Assembly (NCBI GenBank): GCA_030637775.1
Contig: DAOWFY010000140.1
Location: 1 to 28,088 of the forward strand
From: a bacterium
GTDB taxonomy: Bacteria; Ratteibacteria; UBA8468
Length of the DNA stretch: 28,088 nucleotides
Direction: 5' to 3'
How positions within the stretch are numbered: the first letter of the stretch is position 1; each line of letters begins with the position of its first letter. Positions 1 to 8,664 of this stretch are shown here, piece by piece. The notes beneath the pieces were generated by a model. It was not told the DNA's origin. It made no database searches and saw only the letters and a list, made by a program, of their open reading frames with translations. Both the position numbers and the translations under genes were made by a program.

Positions 1-1
1 A

Positions 2-862
2 AGGATACCCTTTATATTAAATGTGCAGGACCTTTTTCCTCAAAACGCCATTGACTTAGGAATTCTTAAAAATCGTTTGCTCATCCGTTTTTTTAAGGGC
101 TTAGAGCGGTTCTCCTATAAAAGAGCTAATCATATCACTGTCCATTCCCCGGGAAACCAAAAATATGTTATAGAAAATGGTGTCATTTCTGATAAGGTAA
201 CAGTATTACCTAATTGGGTAGATACGGATTTTATTAGACCCGGGGAACGAATAAACAATTTCCGCAAGGAACACAATTTAGGAGATAAATTCGTTATTTC
301 CTTTGCCGGGATACTTGGATATTCACAGGATTTGGATGTTATCCTGAAGTCAGCTAAACATCTCCAACAATATAAGGAGATACTTTTTCTTATAGTAGGC
401 AATGGAACAAAAAAAATAGATTTAGAAAAGGAGGTAAAGATACAAGCGCTTACGAATATTAAACTCCTACCTATGCAACCTAGGGACCGCTACCCTTCAA
501 TTTTACGTGCTTCCGACATCTCTTTGGCTACTTTACGGAAAGAGGTGATTACGCCGACAGTCCCCTCAAAGATTCTTAGCATTATGGCGTCAGGCCGCCC
601 GGTTATTATCTGTATGAACTTAAATGGTGATGCACCACGAATTATTAACGAGGCACGATGTGGCTATGCTCTCCCGCCAGAAGATTCGCAAAAATTAACC
701 GAAGCCATCTTAAAACTATACCATTCACCTGAATTGCGAGAAGAGTTCGGCCGTAATGGAAGAGACTATTGCCAGCACCATTTCTCCTTGGATAAATCTG
801 CTGAAAGATATGTAAATTTAATAAGAAAGATAATGATATTCGATAAAGTGATAAAAAAATAA
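2..862 (+). CDS. Glycosyltransferase family 4 (WbuB/WbjE-like), 5'-truncated by the window edge
   Basis: Frame is open from nt 2 (RIPFILNVQDLFPQNAID), so the GTG at 23 is internal. GT-B C-terminal motifs NWVD, YAG-like FAGILG and PSKILSIMASGRPVI are present. Confidence 0.85.
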   Translation, partial: RIPFILNVQDLFPQNAIDLGILKNRLLIRFFKGLERFSYKRANHITVHSPGNQKYVIENGVISDKVTVLPNWVDTDFIRPGERINNFRKEHNLGDKFVISFAGILGYSQDLDVILKSAKHLQQYKEILFLIVGNGTKKIDLEKEVKIQALTNIKLLPMQPRDRYPSILRASDISLATLRKEVITPTVPSKILSIMASGRPVIICMNLNGDAPRIINEARCGYALPPEDSQKLTEAILKLYHSPELREEFGRNGRDYCQHHFSLDKSAERYVNLIRKIMIFDKVIKK

Positions 863-901
863 TCCATAATGTACATAAAACTTAGCAAAAGGCAAATTTC
901 T

Positions 902-930
902 TTGATAGAGTATCAAGAAAAAAGTATAAT
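902..930 (+). promoter_or_regulatory. sigma70-type promoter, probably leaderless, with a palindrome over the -35
   Basis: TTGATA (902-907), 17-nt spacer, TATAAT (925-930). ATG lies 7 nt after the -10 with no SD. Palindrome TTGATA-gag-TATCAA at 902-916. Confidence 0.65.
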
Positions 931-936
931 AAGAAG

Positions 937-1866
937 ATGAGAGTATTGGTAACTGGCGGTGCTGGATTTATAGGATCTAATGTAGTAAAATTACTGGATA
1001 GTAAAGGGTATGATATTATTGTATATGATAATTTATCTACGGGGTATGAAAAAAATTTAGCTCCTTACCCTCATGTACAATTAATAAAAGGTGACGTCAG
1101 AGATAAGGACAAATTGTGTGAGGCTGGAAGGAAATGCGAAATAATTTTTCATCTCGCAGCAAGTGTTGGTAATATAAAATCTTTAAAGAACCCCCGGGAA
1201 GATTCTGAGATCAACGTTACCGGGACACTCAATGTATTGGAATGTGCATCTAAAAATAAAATAAAGAAAGTTATTTACTCTTCCTCAGCTGCACTCTTCG
1301 GTGAACCACAATACTCGCCTATTGATGAGAAACATCCTTCAGAACCTGATTCTCCATATGGGGTTAGCAAGATGGCCGGAGAGAAGCATGTGCTCTGTTT
1401 TGGGCAGATTTATGATATTAGCGTAGTTTCTCTCAGATATTTCAATGTCTACGGTACCAACCAGAGATATGACGCTTACGGAAATGTAATTCCAATTTTT
1501 GCTACGTTACTTTTAGATAGTAAATCTATTACCGTTTATGGTGATGGAAACCAAACTCGTGACTTTGTTGACGTTGAGGATGTCGCAGTAGCAAATGTGC
1601 TGACAGCAGAAAAAAAGGGACTATCAGGAAAATTCAACATTGGCTCGGGAAAATCTATTACTATCAATGAATTAGTTGATATGTTCAAACATGTTTTTCC
1701 TGCTGCAAAGGTTAACTATTCTCCTCCGCGAAGAGGGGAAGTAATTCACAGTTTAGCTAAGATTGACCTGGCAAAGCAAAATTTCGGTTATAACCCTACC
1801 AAAATCAATACCAAAAAAATAGAGAAATATATTATTTGGTTAAAAAGTGAGACTGCTAAAAAATAA
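937..1866 (+). CDS. NAD-dependent nucleotide-sugar epimerase/dehydratase (extended SDR, UDP-hexose/HexNAc 4-epimerase-like)
   Basis: TGGAGFIG Rossmann motif, YGVSK (YxxxK), SSSAA, LRYFNVYG, GDGNQTRDF. Confidence 0.9.
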   Translation: MRVLVTGGAGFIGSNVVKLLDSKGYDIIVYDNLSTGYEKNLAPYPHVQLIKGDVRDKDKLCEAGRKCEIIFHLAASVGNIKSLKNPREDSEINVTGTLNVLECASKNKIKKVIYSSSAALFGEPQYSPIDEKHPSEPDSPYGVSKMAGEKHVLCFGQIYDISVVSLRYFNVYGTNQRYDAYGNVIPIFATLLLDSKSITVYGDGNQTRDFVDVEDVAVANVLTAEKKGLSGKFNIGSGKSITINELVDMFKHVFPAAKVNYSPPRRGEVIHSLAKIDLAKQNFGYNPTKINTKKIEKYIIWLKSETAKK

Positions 1867-2750
1867 TGAAAGTTTTAATATTGGGCGGGTCTGGGATGCT
1901 TGGGCATAAGATGTATGAGGTGCTTGCTGAAGATTTTGATACCTGGGTTACTTTTCGTCAAGAACCTATAACTTTTTATCGCTATGGCATATTTGATAGA
2001 AATAAAATTATCTATCCTGTAGACGCATTTAATCTTGCTTCAGTTAAAGATGCCATAGAAAAAGTTAAACCGGATGTGGTGATTAACTGTATTGGCATTA
2101 TCAAACAGATTAAAGAGGCAAAAGAGCCTCTTATCAGTATTGAAATAAATTCTCTTTTCCCTCATAGATTGTATAAGTATTGTTCAGCGATGGGAATTGA
2201 GGTAATTCACATAAGTACCGATTGCGTCTTTTCTGGTAAAAAGGGAATGTACAAAGAAGGTAATTTCTCCGATGCAGAAGACCTCTATGGAAGGACAAAG
2301 TATCTGGGCGAAATTCAGGGGAAGGGAGCTTTGACCGTTCGCACCTCAATTATCGGAAGAGAGCTGAAAACTACTAATGGGCTTTTAGAATGGCTCTTTA
2401 GCCAGGAGGGAAGAACCATCAAGGGGTATAAAAATGTTATCTTTGCAGGTTATACCGCTATTGGATTTGCTAAAATTATTGCCAGATGCATCAAGGAATT
2501 TACATTCTTAGAGGGAATATACCATATCGCCTCCAACCCAATCAGTAAGTTTGACTTGTTGATGAAATTTAAAAGAGCATTAAATCTTAATATTGAGATT
2601 GAGCCTTCTGAAGCTGAAAGAATTGATAGGAGCCTTGATAATACAAAATTTGTGCAAGCTACACACTACCAGGTTCCCAATTGGGATGAACTTGTGGAAG
2701 AATTTGCTTTGAAAGAATATAGCAAATATAAAAATTGGAGAAAATTATGA
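1866..2750 (+). CDS. RmlD-like SDR reductase (NDP-4-keto-6-deoxyhexose reductase; L-QuiNAc/L-FucNAc pathway type by context)
   Basis: GGSGMLG, HISTDCVF and YGRTK motifs; lies directly upstream of a FnlC-like 2-epimerase. Confidence 0.8.
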   Translation: MKVLILGGSGMLGHKMYEVLAEDFDTWVTFRQEPITFYRYGIFDRNKIIYPVDAFNLASVKDAIEKVKPDVVINCIGIIKQIKEAKEPLISIEINSLFPHRLYKYCSAMGIEVIHISTDCVFSGKKGMYKEGNFSDAEDLYGRTKYLGEIQGKGALTVRTSIIGRELKTTNGLLEWLFSQEGRTIKGYKNVIFAGYTAIGFAKIIARCIKEFTFLEGIYHIASNPISKFDLLMKFKRALNLNIEIEPSEAERIDRSLDNTKFVQATHYQVPNWDELVEEFALKEYSKYKNWRKL

Positions 2751-3832
2751 AAGTAATGACTATTCTCGGGACAAGACCTGAAATAATCAGGCTGAGCCTT
2801 ATTATAAAAAGGTTGGATGAAGTTAGGATAAAAAATATCGTTGTCTATACCGGTCAGAATTATCACCCCCGACTTTCTACAATCTTTTTTAAAGAACTGA
2901 AAATAAGAAAGCCTGATATCTACCTTAATGTAAAGGAAAAAAGAGTAGGGAGTCAGATAGCCAGGATAATTGAAAGAAGCGAAGAGGTTCTTCTAAAAGA
3001 GAAACCTGACTTACTTCTGGTATTAGGGGATACCAACAGCGGACTTTCCTCAATTGCTGCTACCAGACATTTCATTCCTATTTTGCATATGGAGGCGGGC
3101 AACCGATGTTTCGATTGGCGCGTTCCGGAAGAGAAAAATCGCAAAATCATAGACCATATTAGTGACTGGTTATTCCCTTATACCGCCAACTCACGGGAAA
3201 ATCTAATTCGGGAGGGTATAGCTCCCACAAAGATAATCGTCAGCGGAAACCCCATTAGCGAAATTTTAAGATACTACCAGGACAGTTTTGAAAAGAGTAA
3301 GATATTAGAAAAACTAAAACTTAAAGCAAAAAACTATTTTCTAATAACGGTACATCGGGAAGAAAATGTTGATAACCCCCTTAACCTTGAAAACGTTCTT
3401 CAGGGAATAAGATTGGTTAGCCGGAAATATAAGAAAAGGCTAATTTGGAGTGTTCATCCCAGAACTAAAAAGAAACTGGAAGAATTACCTTCTCAATCCA
3501 GAGAAATAGGTGAATTCTGCCTGCCTTTTGGATTTTATGACTTCTTAAAGTTAGAGAAAAATGCCTTAGGTGTTATTACTGATAGTGGCACTGTCCAGGA
3601 GGAATGTTCTCTTTTCCATGTGCCCACGGCAACGGTCAGGAATTCCACTGAGCGTCCTGAAACGGTAGAATGTGGCTCTAACATAGTCACCGGTACCGAG
3701 GACCCATACCGGATATTATCCTGTGTAGATATTATGATAAAATCTTCCCGAAATTGGGTTTCTCCCTATGAAGATGACTTTAATGTCTCGGAAAAGATAG
3801 TTAAATTTATAGTGAATTGTAAGCTAAGGTAA
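2747..3832 (+). CDS. Non-hydrolysing UDP-N-acetylhexosamine 2-epimerase (WecB family, FnlC/WbjD-like)
   Basis: GTRPEIIR, TGQNY, GDTNS, HMEAGNR, HREENVD, DSGTVQEE, TERPE motifs. Start moved to ATG 2747 (GGAG SD at 2737-2740; ATGA overlap with the upstream stop). Confidence 0.9.
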   Translation: MKVMTILGTRPEIIRLSLIIKRLDEVRIKNIVVYTGQNYHPRLSTIFFKELKIRKPDIYLNVKEKRVGSQIARIIERSEEVLLKEKPDLLLVLGDTNSGLSSIAATRHFIPILHMEAGNRCFDWRVPEEKNRKIIDHISDWLFPYTANSRENLIREGIAPTKIIVSGNPISEILRYYQDSFEKSKILEKLKLKAKNYFLITVHREENVDNPLNLENVLQGIRLVSRKYKKRLIWSVHPRTKKKLEELPSQSREIGEFCLPFGFYDFLKLEKNALGVITDSGTVQEECSLFHVPTATVRNSTERPETVECGSNIVTGTEDPYRILSCVDIMIKSSRNWVSPYEDDFNVSEKIVKFIVNCKLR

Positions 3833-3855
3833 GAAGACGTTAATTAGACATTAGC

Positions 3856-5196
3856 ATGAATACTAAATTCAGGAAAATAACTTTTATTATTGTTGACATT
3901 GTCCTGGTTAATGTTGCTCTTCTCCTGGCGACTTTGATTAGATGTAAGGGGCATTTCCTGCCTTTACCGATAGAGAAGATAATAGGGATTCATCTGATTT
4001 CTACCTTTATCTGGCTTATTTCTTTTTATCTTTGTGGATTATACAATTATGCCAGATATTCTTTTTTCTATATTTTCTGGGCAGTTCTTTTAGGTTGGGT
4101 GGGAATTATTGTAACCGTATTTTTTGTGCGTGAGTATATCTTTTCTCGGGGAGTAATTATATGCTCCTTGCCCCTGAATCTTCTATTTATTGGGGGGTGG
4201 CGAGGCAGCATCAGAAGAATTCAGCAATTAAGACAACGGAAGAAAAAAGGTAAAATTAGAACATTGATTGTAGGTACCGGGGCTGAAGCAAAAAATATTC
4301 TTGATGAGTTGCAAAAGTCTCCATTGAATTATGAAATTGTCGGTCTCCTTGGTGAGAGAACCAAGGATAAGAATATTTACGGTCTGCCTGTTTTGGGCAG
4401 AGAAAAAGATGTTCTCATGATTATCAAAGAGGAAAGAATAGAGGAAGTCATTCTTGCCCTTCCTTCTTTGGATATGGAAATCTGGAATCTCGTTAGCCGG
4501 TGCAATGAACTGGATATAAGAATTAAAGCGGTATTAGAGCTATACGATAGACTGGTGGGCAAGGTAAAGATTGATTATGTGGAGGGAATTCCTTTGTTTG
4601 AAATCGGTCAAGGACCTTTTCCCAATCCCTATCAATTGGTAAAGAGAGCAATAGATGTTGTTATTTCTCTTGTAGGGCTCCTGTTGCTTTCTCCGCTAAT
4701 CTTGATTATTTCCCTTTTGATAAAGTTGACCTCTCCCGGCTCAGTCTTTTATCGCCAGGAAAGGGTGGGTTTAGATAGAAAGCACTTCACACTTTACAAA
4801 TTTCGCTCGATGGTTATGGATGCAGAGAAGGATACCGGGCCTATCTGGGCAAGGGAAAAGGATGGTCGGGTTACCCGGATAGGAAGGATGTTGCGTCGGA
4901 GAAGCCTGGATGAAATTCCCCAGTTATGGAATATCTTAAAAGGTGAAATGAGTCTGATTGGTCCCCGGCCGGAGAGAAGATTTTTTATAGAAAAACATGG
5001 GGAATTACAGGGTAAAAGGCTCAATGTCAGACCAGGCATTACAGGCTTAGCTCAGATAAATGGCCGCTATAATCTCACTCCCCGCCAGAAGGCAAAATAT
5101 GATTATCTCTATCTAAAGAGCCAATCCTTTATCTTAGACCTGAAGATTCTCTTTAAGACAATATGGATAGTCTTGCGAGGGTATGGAGTTAGATAG
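3856..5196 (+). CDS. Polyprenyl-phosphate glycosylphosphotransferase (WcaJ/WbaP-type initiating sugar transferase)
   Basis: Four N-terminal hydrophobic segments, a Rossmann-like middle part (IVGTG), and a Bac_transf domain (KRAID, YKFRSM, DEIPQLWNILKGEMSLIGPRPE, PGITG). Confidence 0.9.
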   Translation: MNTKFRKITFIIVDIVLVNVALLLATLIRCKGHFLPLPIEKIIGIHLISTFIWLISFYLCGLYNYARYSFFYIFWAVLLGWVGIIVTVFFVREYIFSRGVIICSLPLNLLFIGGWRGSIRRIQQLRQRKKKGKIRTLIVGTGAEAKNILDELQKSPLNYEIVGLLGERTKDKNIYGLPVLGREKDVLMIIKEERIEEVILALPSLDMEIWNLVSRCNELDIRIKAVLELYDRLVGKVKIDYVEGIPLFEIGQGPFPNPYQLVKRAIDVVISLVGLLLLSPLILIISLLIKLTSPGSVFYRQERVGLDRKHFTLYKFRSMVMDAEKDTGPIWAREKDGRVTRIGRMLRRRSLDEIPQLWNILKGEMSLIGPRPERRFFIEKHGELQGKRLNVRPGITGLAQINGRYNLTPRQKAKYDYLYLKSQSFILDLKILFKTIWIVLRGYGVR

Positions 5197-5296
5197 AGAG
5201 GTCATCACGAATAGGATTCTGTGGCAAGTGCCATCCTGCCAAAGCCAGTCTATCGCAGAGCAATTAATTGGCTCAGGCAATAAAGTATAAAAATCC

Positions 5297-5325
5297 TTGA
5301 CTTTCTACCCAGTATGTGTTAAGTT
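5297..5325 (+). promoter_or_regulatory. sigma70-type promoter of the AAA ATPase gene
   Basis: TTGACT (5297-5302), 17-nt spacer, TG-n-TAAGTT extended -10 (5320-5325). Confidence 0.6.
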
Positions 5326-5331
5326 ATAACG

Positions 5332-5358
5332 AACTTATTACATTAATTGTAATAAGTT
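5332..5358. promoter_or_regulatory. Perfect 11-bp inverted repeat (operator-like or leader hairpin)
   Basis: AACTTATTACA-ttaat-TGTAATAAGTT, between the predicted start site and the ATG at 5369. Confidence 0.6.
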
Positions 5359-5368
5359 AGGGGATAAT

Positions 5369-6709
5369 ATGTTTAGCCGAAGGATTATTAATTATTTGAT
5401 TGACTGGAAGGATAGAGAAACTAGGAAACCTTTAATTCTCCGAGGAGCGAGGCAGGTTGGAAAGACATCGGCTGTTTTGATGTTTGCCCGGAAATATTTT
5501 AAAAATGTAGTTTATTTGAATCTGGAAAAATCTGAACATTCAACTCTTTTTAGAGAAGAACTTTCCCTGGAAGACTTTGAGAAGATTATTCAAATTAAGT
5601 TCCATCAAAGAATTATTCCCGGAGAAACATTGATTTTTATCGATGAGATTCAAAATTCCCCTTCCTTAATTAAACTTTTAAGGTTTTTCTATGAGGAGAG
5701 GCCAGATATTCACGTTATTGGAGCAGGCTCTTTACTTCAGGCAAAGATTGAAAGAGAAGGACTATCCTTGCCTGTAGGGAGGGTAGAGTATGCATACCTT
5801 TATCCTCTGGATTTTTTTGAATATTTAGAGGCGAAGAAAGAAACTGAACTTTTACATTTTTTAAGAAATGTCTCTGTACGGGAACACATTCCTCAAGGTA
5901 TTCATGAGCTTGCTTTAAAACTTTTTTACGAGTATACAATGGTTGGGGGGATGCCGGAGATAGTAAAACTATTTTTAGAAAAAAAGAGCCTTGAAGAACT
6001 TAAGAATATCTATTCATCCCTTTTTACCGGTTATGCTGAAGATGTTTACAAATATTCCTCTTTAGCCAACGCCAAATATTTAACCTACGTTATTGAAAAA
6101 GGACCTCTTTTTGCCGGGACCAATATTACTTATGAAAAATTTGGGGGTTCAAACTTTAGAAGCAGAGAAATGGGGGCGACGTTTGATATCTTAGAAAAGG
6201 TAATGCTTCTTTATCAGGTTCAAGCAACAAAATCCAGAGAACTTCCTTTAATCCCACAGAGAAAAAGGCCTAAAAAACTTTTATTTTTAGATGTCGGTTT
6301 AGTAAACTATCAAATGGGAATTCAAGAAGACTTTTTAAATCTTGGTGACCTTGATGATTTTTATAGAGGGAGAATTGCTGAACAGGTAGTTGGGCAGAAT
6401 ATTTTAGCTCAGTTTATAGATTCCTCTCCACGAGTTTTTTATTGGGCAAGGGAAAAGCCCAAAGGATCTGCCGAGGTTGATTTTTGTTTAAATAAAAAGG
6501 GGAGGATTTTAGGAATAGAAGCAAAATCGGGAAGGTCCAAAAAATTAAAATCCCTTTTTAGTTTTGGCAGTTTGGTAAAAGATAATCACCTTGTTCGGGT
6601 ATATAGCGGAGAGTTAAGAAGAGAGAGGGTTAAAATTAATGATAAAGGTTTTAGTTTAATTTCCCTTCCTTTCTATTTAGTGCCGCGAATTTTAGAGGAG
6701 TTTGGTTGA
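5369..6709 (+). CDS. AAA_14 ATPase with C-terminal DUF4143 and nuclease-like tail
   Basis: Walker A GARQVGKT, Walker B IFIDEIQ, GGMPE, KKLLFLDVGL, and C-terminal EVDF...IEAKSG (PD-(D/E)xK-like). Confidence 0.85.
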   Translation: MFSRRIINYLIDWKDRETRKPLILRGARQVGKTSAVLMFARKYFKNVVYLNLEKSEHSTLFREELSLEDFEKIIQIKFHQRIIPGETLIFIDEIQNSPSLIKLLRFFYEERPDIHVIGAGSLLQAKIEREGLSLPVGRVEYAYLYPLDFFEYLEAKKETELLHFLRNVSVREHIPQGIHELALKLFYEYTMVGGMPEIVKLFLEKKSLEELKNIYSSLFTGYAEDVYKYSSLANAKYLTYVIEKGPLFAGTNITYEKFGGSNFRSREMGATFDILEKVMLLYQVQATKSRELPLIPQRKRPKKLLFLDVGLVNYQMGIQEDFLNLGDLDDFYRGRIAEQVVGQNILAQFIDSSPRVFYWAREKPKGSAEVDFCLNKKGRILGIEAKSGRSKKLKSLFSFGSLVKDNHLVRVYSGELRRERVKINDKGFSLISLPFYLVPRILEEFG

Positions 6710-6744
6710 AAGTTGCTCAATTCAGGCAATGAAGGAGGTTAATT

Positions 6745-8664
6745 ATTAAGCTTTTATTCTTCATCATCACCTATCTTTTCTCCGGGTTTATTCTCAGCAC
6801 CTTCTTTAAGACGATTTTAAAGAAATATAAAGAGATAATAAGTCCGGGAGAAATTTATATCCTTGGCTTTGGGTTGGGGCCAATAGTTATCTCTTTGATT
6901 CTCTGTCTTCTATTCCTATTTTTACCCAATAAAGCGAATCTATTCTATATTCTTATTGTCAGCGTTATTTTTCTCTTAATACTTTTTATTGGCAGAAAAG
7001 ATATTCTTAAGGGAAAGGAATTTTTAGAATGGCTTAAAGGAATAAGGAATATAGAGAAGGACATTGTCTTGATTGTTGCTATCGTCTCCATCGTAATGCT
7101 CTATATCTTTATCCAGGGGATTAACTTTCCGATTGTTGCCAATGATGCTTCAATCTATGCTTTTAATGGCAAGCATCTTTGCCAGGAAAGAAACCTTGCC
7201 AATTACCCAATGGTAATCAATAAAAAAACCGGAGCCTCTCTTCCAGTTCATCATCCCCCAGGACTCCCTTTGATGTATACCTGGTTCTATCTACTGCAAG
7301 GGGATACCGATTCCGATATATTACCCCGAACTGTAGCTCCAATGTATGCTTTATATCTAATCATTCTATTGTGGATTATCCTGAGAACAAGAAAAAATAA
7401 ATACTGTAGCGCCTTCGGGATTCTATTGATGGCTTTAACCCCCCTGTTTATTCAACAGTCATCCGGTAATACAGTTGATCCGGTAAGAATCTTTCTTATT
7501 TTCCTTTCTTTAATCTGCTTAGTTAGATTCATAGAATCTGAATCATTTATTCTGTTTTTGCTTACCGGTATAATTACTGGTTCTTGCATATATATACATT
7601 CGGGGAGCGTTTTAGCTGTGGCAGTGATAATCGCTCTTTATCTATTACTTTATTTCTTGTTCTCCGGGAAAAGTATTAAGAGGAGATTATTCTTTACATT
7701 TTTGCTTGTGCTTGTAATTGGAGGCGGTATATATGGGGCTAAACATACCAGATTGGGTCATACTATTGAACCCGCTTATCTTTCTCTTTCTGCCCTTAAA
7801 CCTCCTGAACCCTCGCATTTCGTAAAAATAGCCCACTTTGGCAAGAGAAGAGCTGAAATTAGCCGAGAACCGGGGAGACGGCTAAAAAGGATTTTTTACG
7901 AAAGATGTCAGGTGTTTTCAACACCAAAGTTTTTTGGTCTTTCCTACTATATTTTTTTGCTCGCTCTTTTTTATTGGATAAGGTATATTCATAAAAAAAG
8001 ATTGGACATCATTTTACTCCTGGGGGCTATTCTTTATGGAGTTCCGGTAATCTATAAGTACTGGATTAACAACCGCTATATCTTCACCATCCATCCCGTA
8101 ATCGCCTATTTTGGAGGTTTAGCAATAGGTTCAGTCTATGGCCGGCTAAGAAACAATAGGTTACGGAGGTTATGGCCGGTAGTTTTAGTTCCTTTAATTG
8201 TCATCATTGGGTGGCATGCCCCTAATTCCATGTTTAACGAAAATTATGTAAAATTTGGGCCCATTAAGAAAGTAGCAAAATATATGTTTGCCAACCAAAA
8301 GGAGAAGTTCCGCAATTCAAATGAGATTCTCCAGGCAATTGAATTTATTAACACGCAAACCCCCGGGGATTCTATTGTCTTAATGTTTAGACGTGCGGAA
8401 TACTTTTACCATAGCGAAAGGAAGGGAATCTGGTATTGTGACCAGAGACTGAAAGCGTTTTATAGGTTACGTAATACAGAAAAAGCATATCGGTATCTAT
8501 TAAATTTAGGTATAGATTACATTATGGTTGATCCCCGTTATGAGCAATGTCGCGCTTTTGAAGGGTCAGAACTTAAAAATATCCTAAAGGATGAAAAAAT
8601 GTCCAAATTAGTATACGAAAATTGGGCAATGGTCTACGAAATTAAAAATGAAACCGACATTTAA
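6745..8664 (+). CDS. Multi-pass GT-C fold glycosyltransferase (PMT/ArnT-like, GT39-type); probable ATT start
   Basis: Many hydrophobic segments; NDASIY first-loop acidic motif; HHPPGLP; C-terminal LGIDYIMVD. Frame is open back to the TGA at 6730-6732; strong SD AAGGAGGT (6732-6739) precedes ATT 6745. The ORF track start (TTG 6874) lies mid-helix. Confidence 0.65.
   Translation: MKLLFFIITYLFSGFILSTFFKTILKKYKEIISPGEIYILGFGLGPIVISLILCLLFLFLPNKANLFYILIVSVIFLLILFIGRKDILKGKEFLEWLKGIRNIEKDIVLIVAIVSIVMLYIFIQGINFPIVANDASIYAFNGKHLCQERNLANYPMVINKKTGASLPVHHPPGLPLMYTWFYLLQGDTDSDILPRTVAPMYALYLIILLWIILRTRKNKYCSAFGILLMALTPLFIQQSSGNTVDPVRIFLIFLSLICLVRFIESESFILFLLTGIITGSCIYIHSGSVLAVAVIIALYLLLYFLFSGKSIKRRLFFTFLLVLVIGGGIYGAKHTRLGHTIEPAYLSLSALKPPEPSHFVKIAHFGKRRAEISREPGRRLKRIFYERCQVFSTPKFFGLSYYIFLLALFYWIRYIHKKRLDIILLLGAILYGVPVIYKYWINNRYIFTIHPVIAYFGGLAIGSVYGRLRNNRLRRLWPVVLVPLIVIIGWHAPNSMFNENYVKFGPIKKVAKYMFANQKEKFRNSNEILQAIEFINTQTPGDSIVLMFRRAEYFYHSERKGIWYCDQRLKAFYRLRNTEKAYRYLLNLGIDYIMVDPRYEQCRAFEGSELKNILKDEKMSKLVYENWAMVYEIKNETDI

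Noticed and set aside
902-916. FNR box
   Set aside because: The sequence is TTGAT-N5-ATCAA, whereas FNR sites need N4; kept only as an unassigned palindrome.
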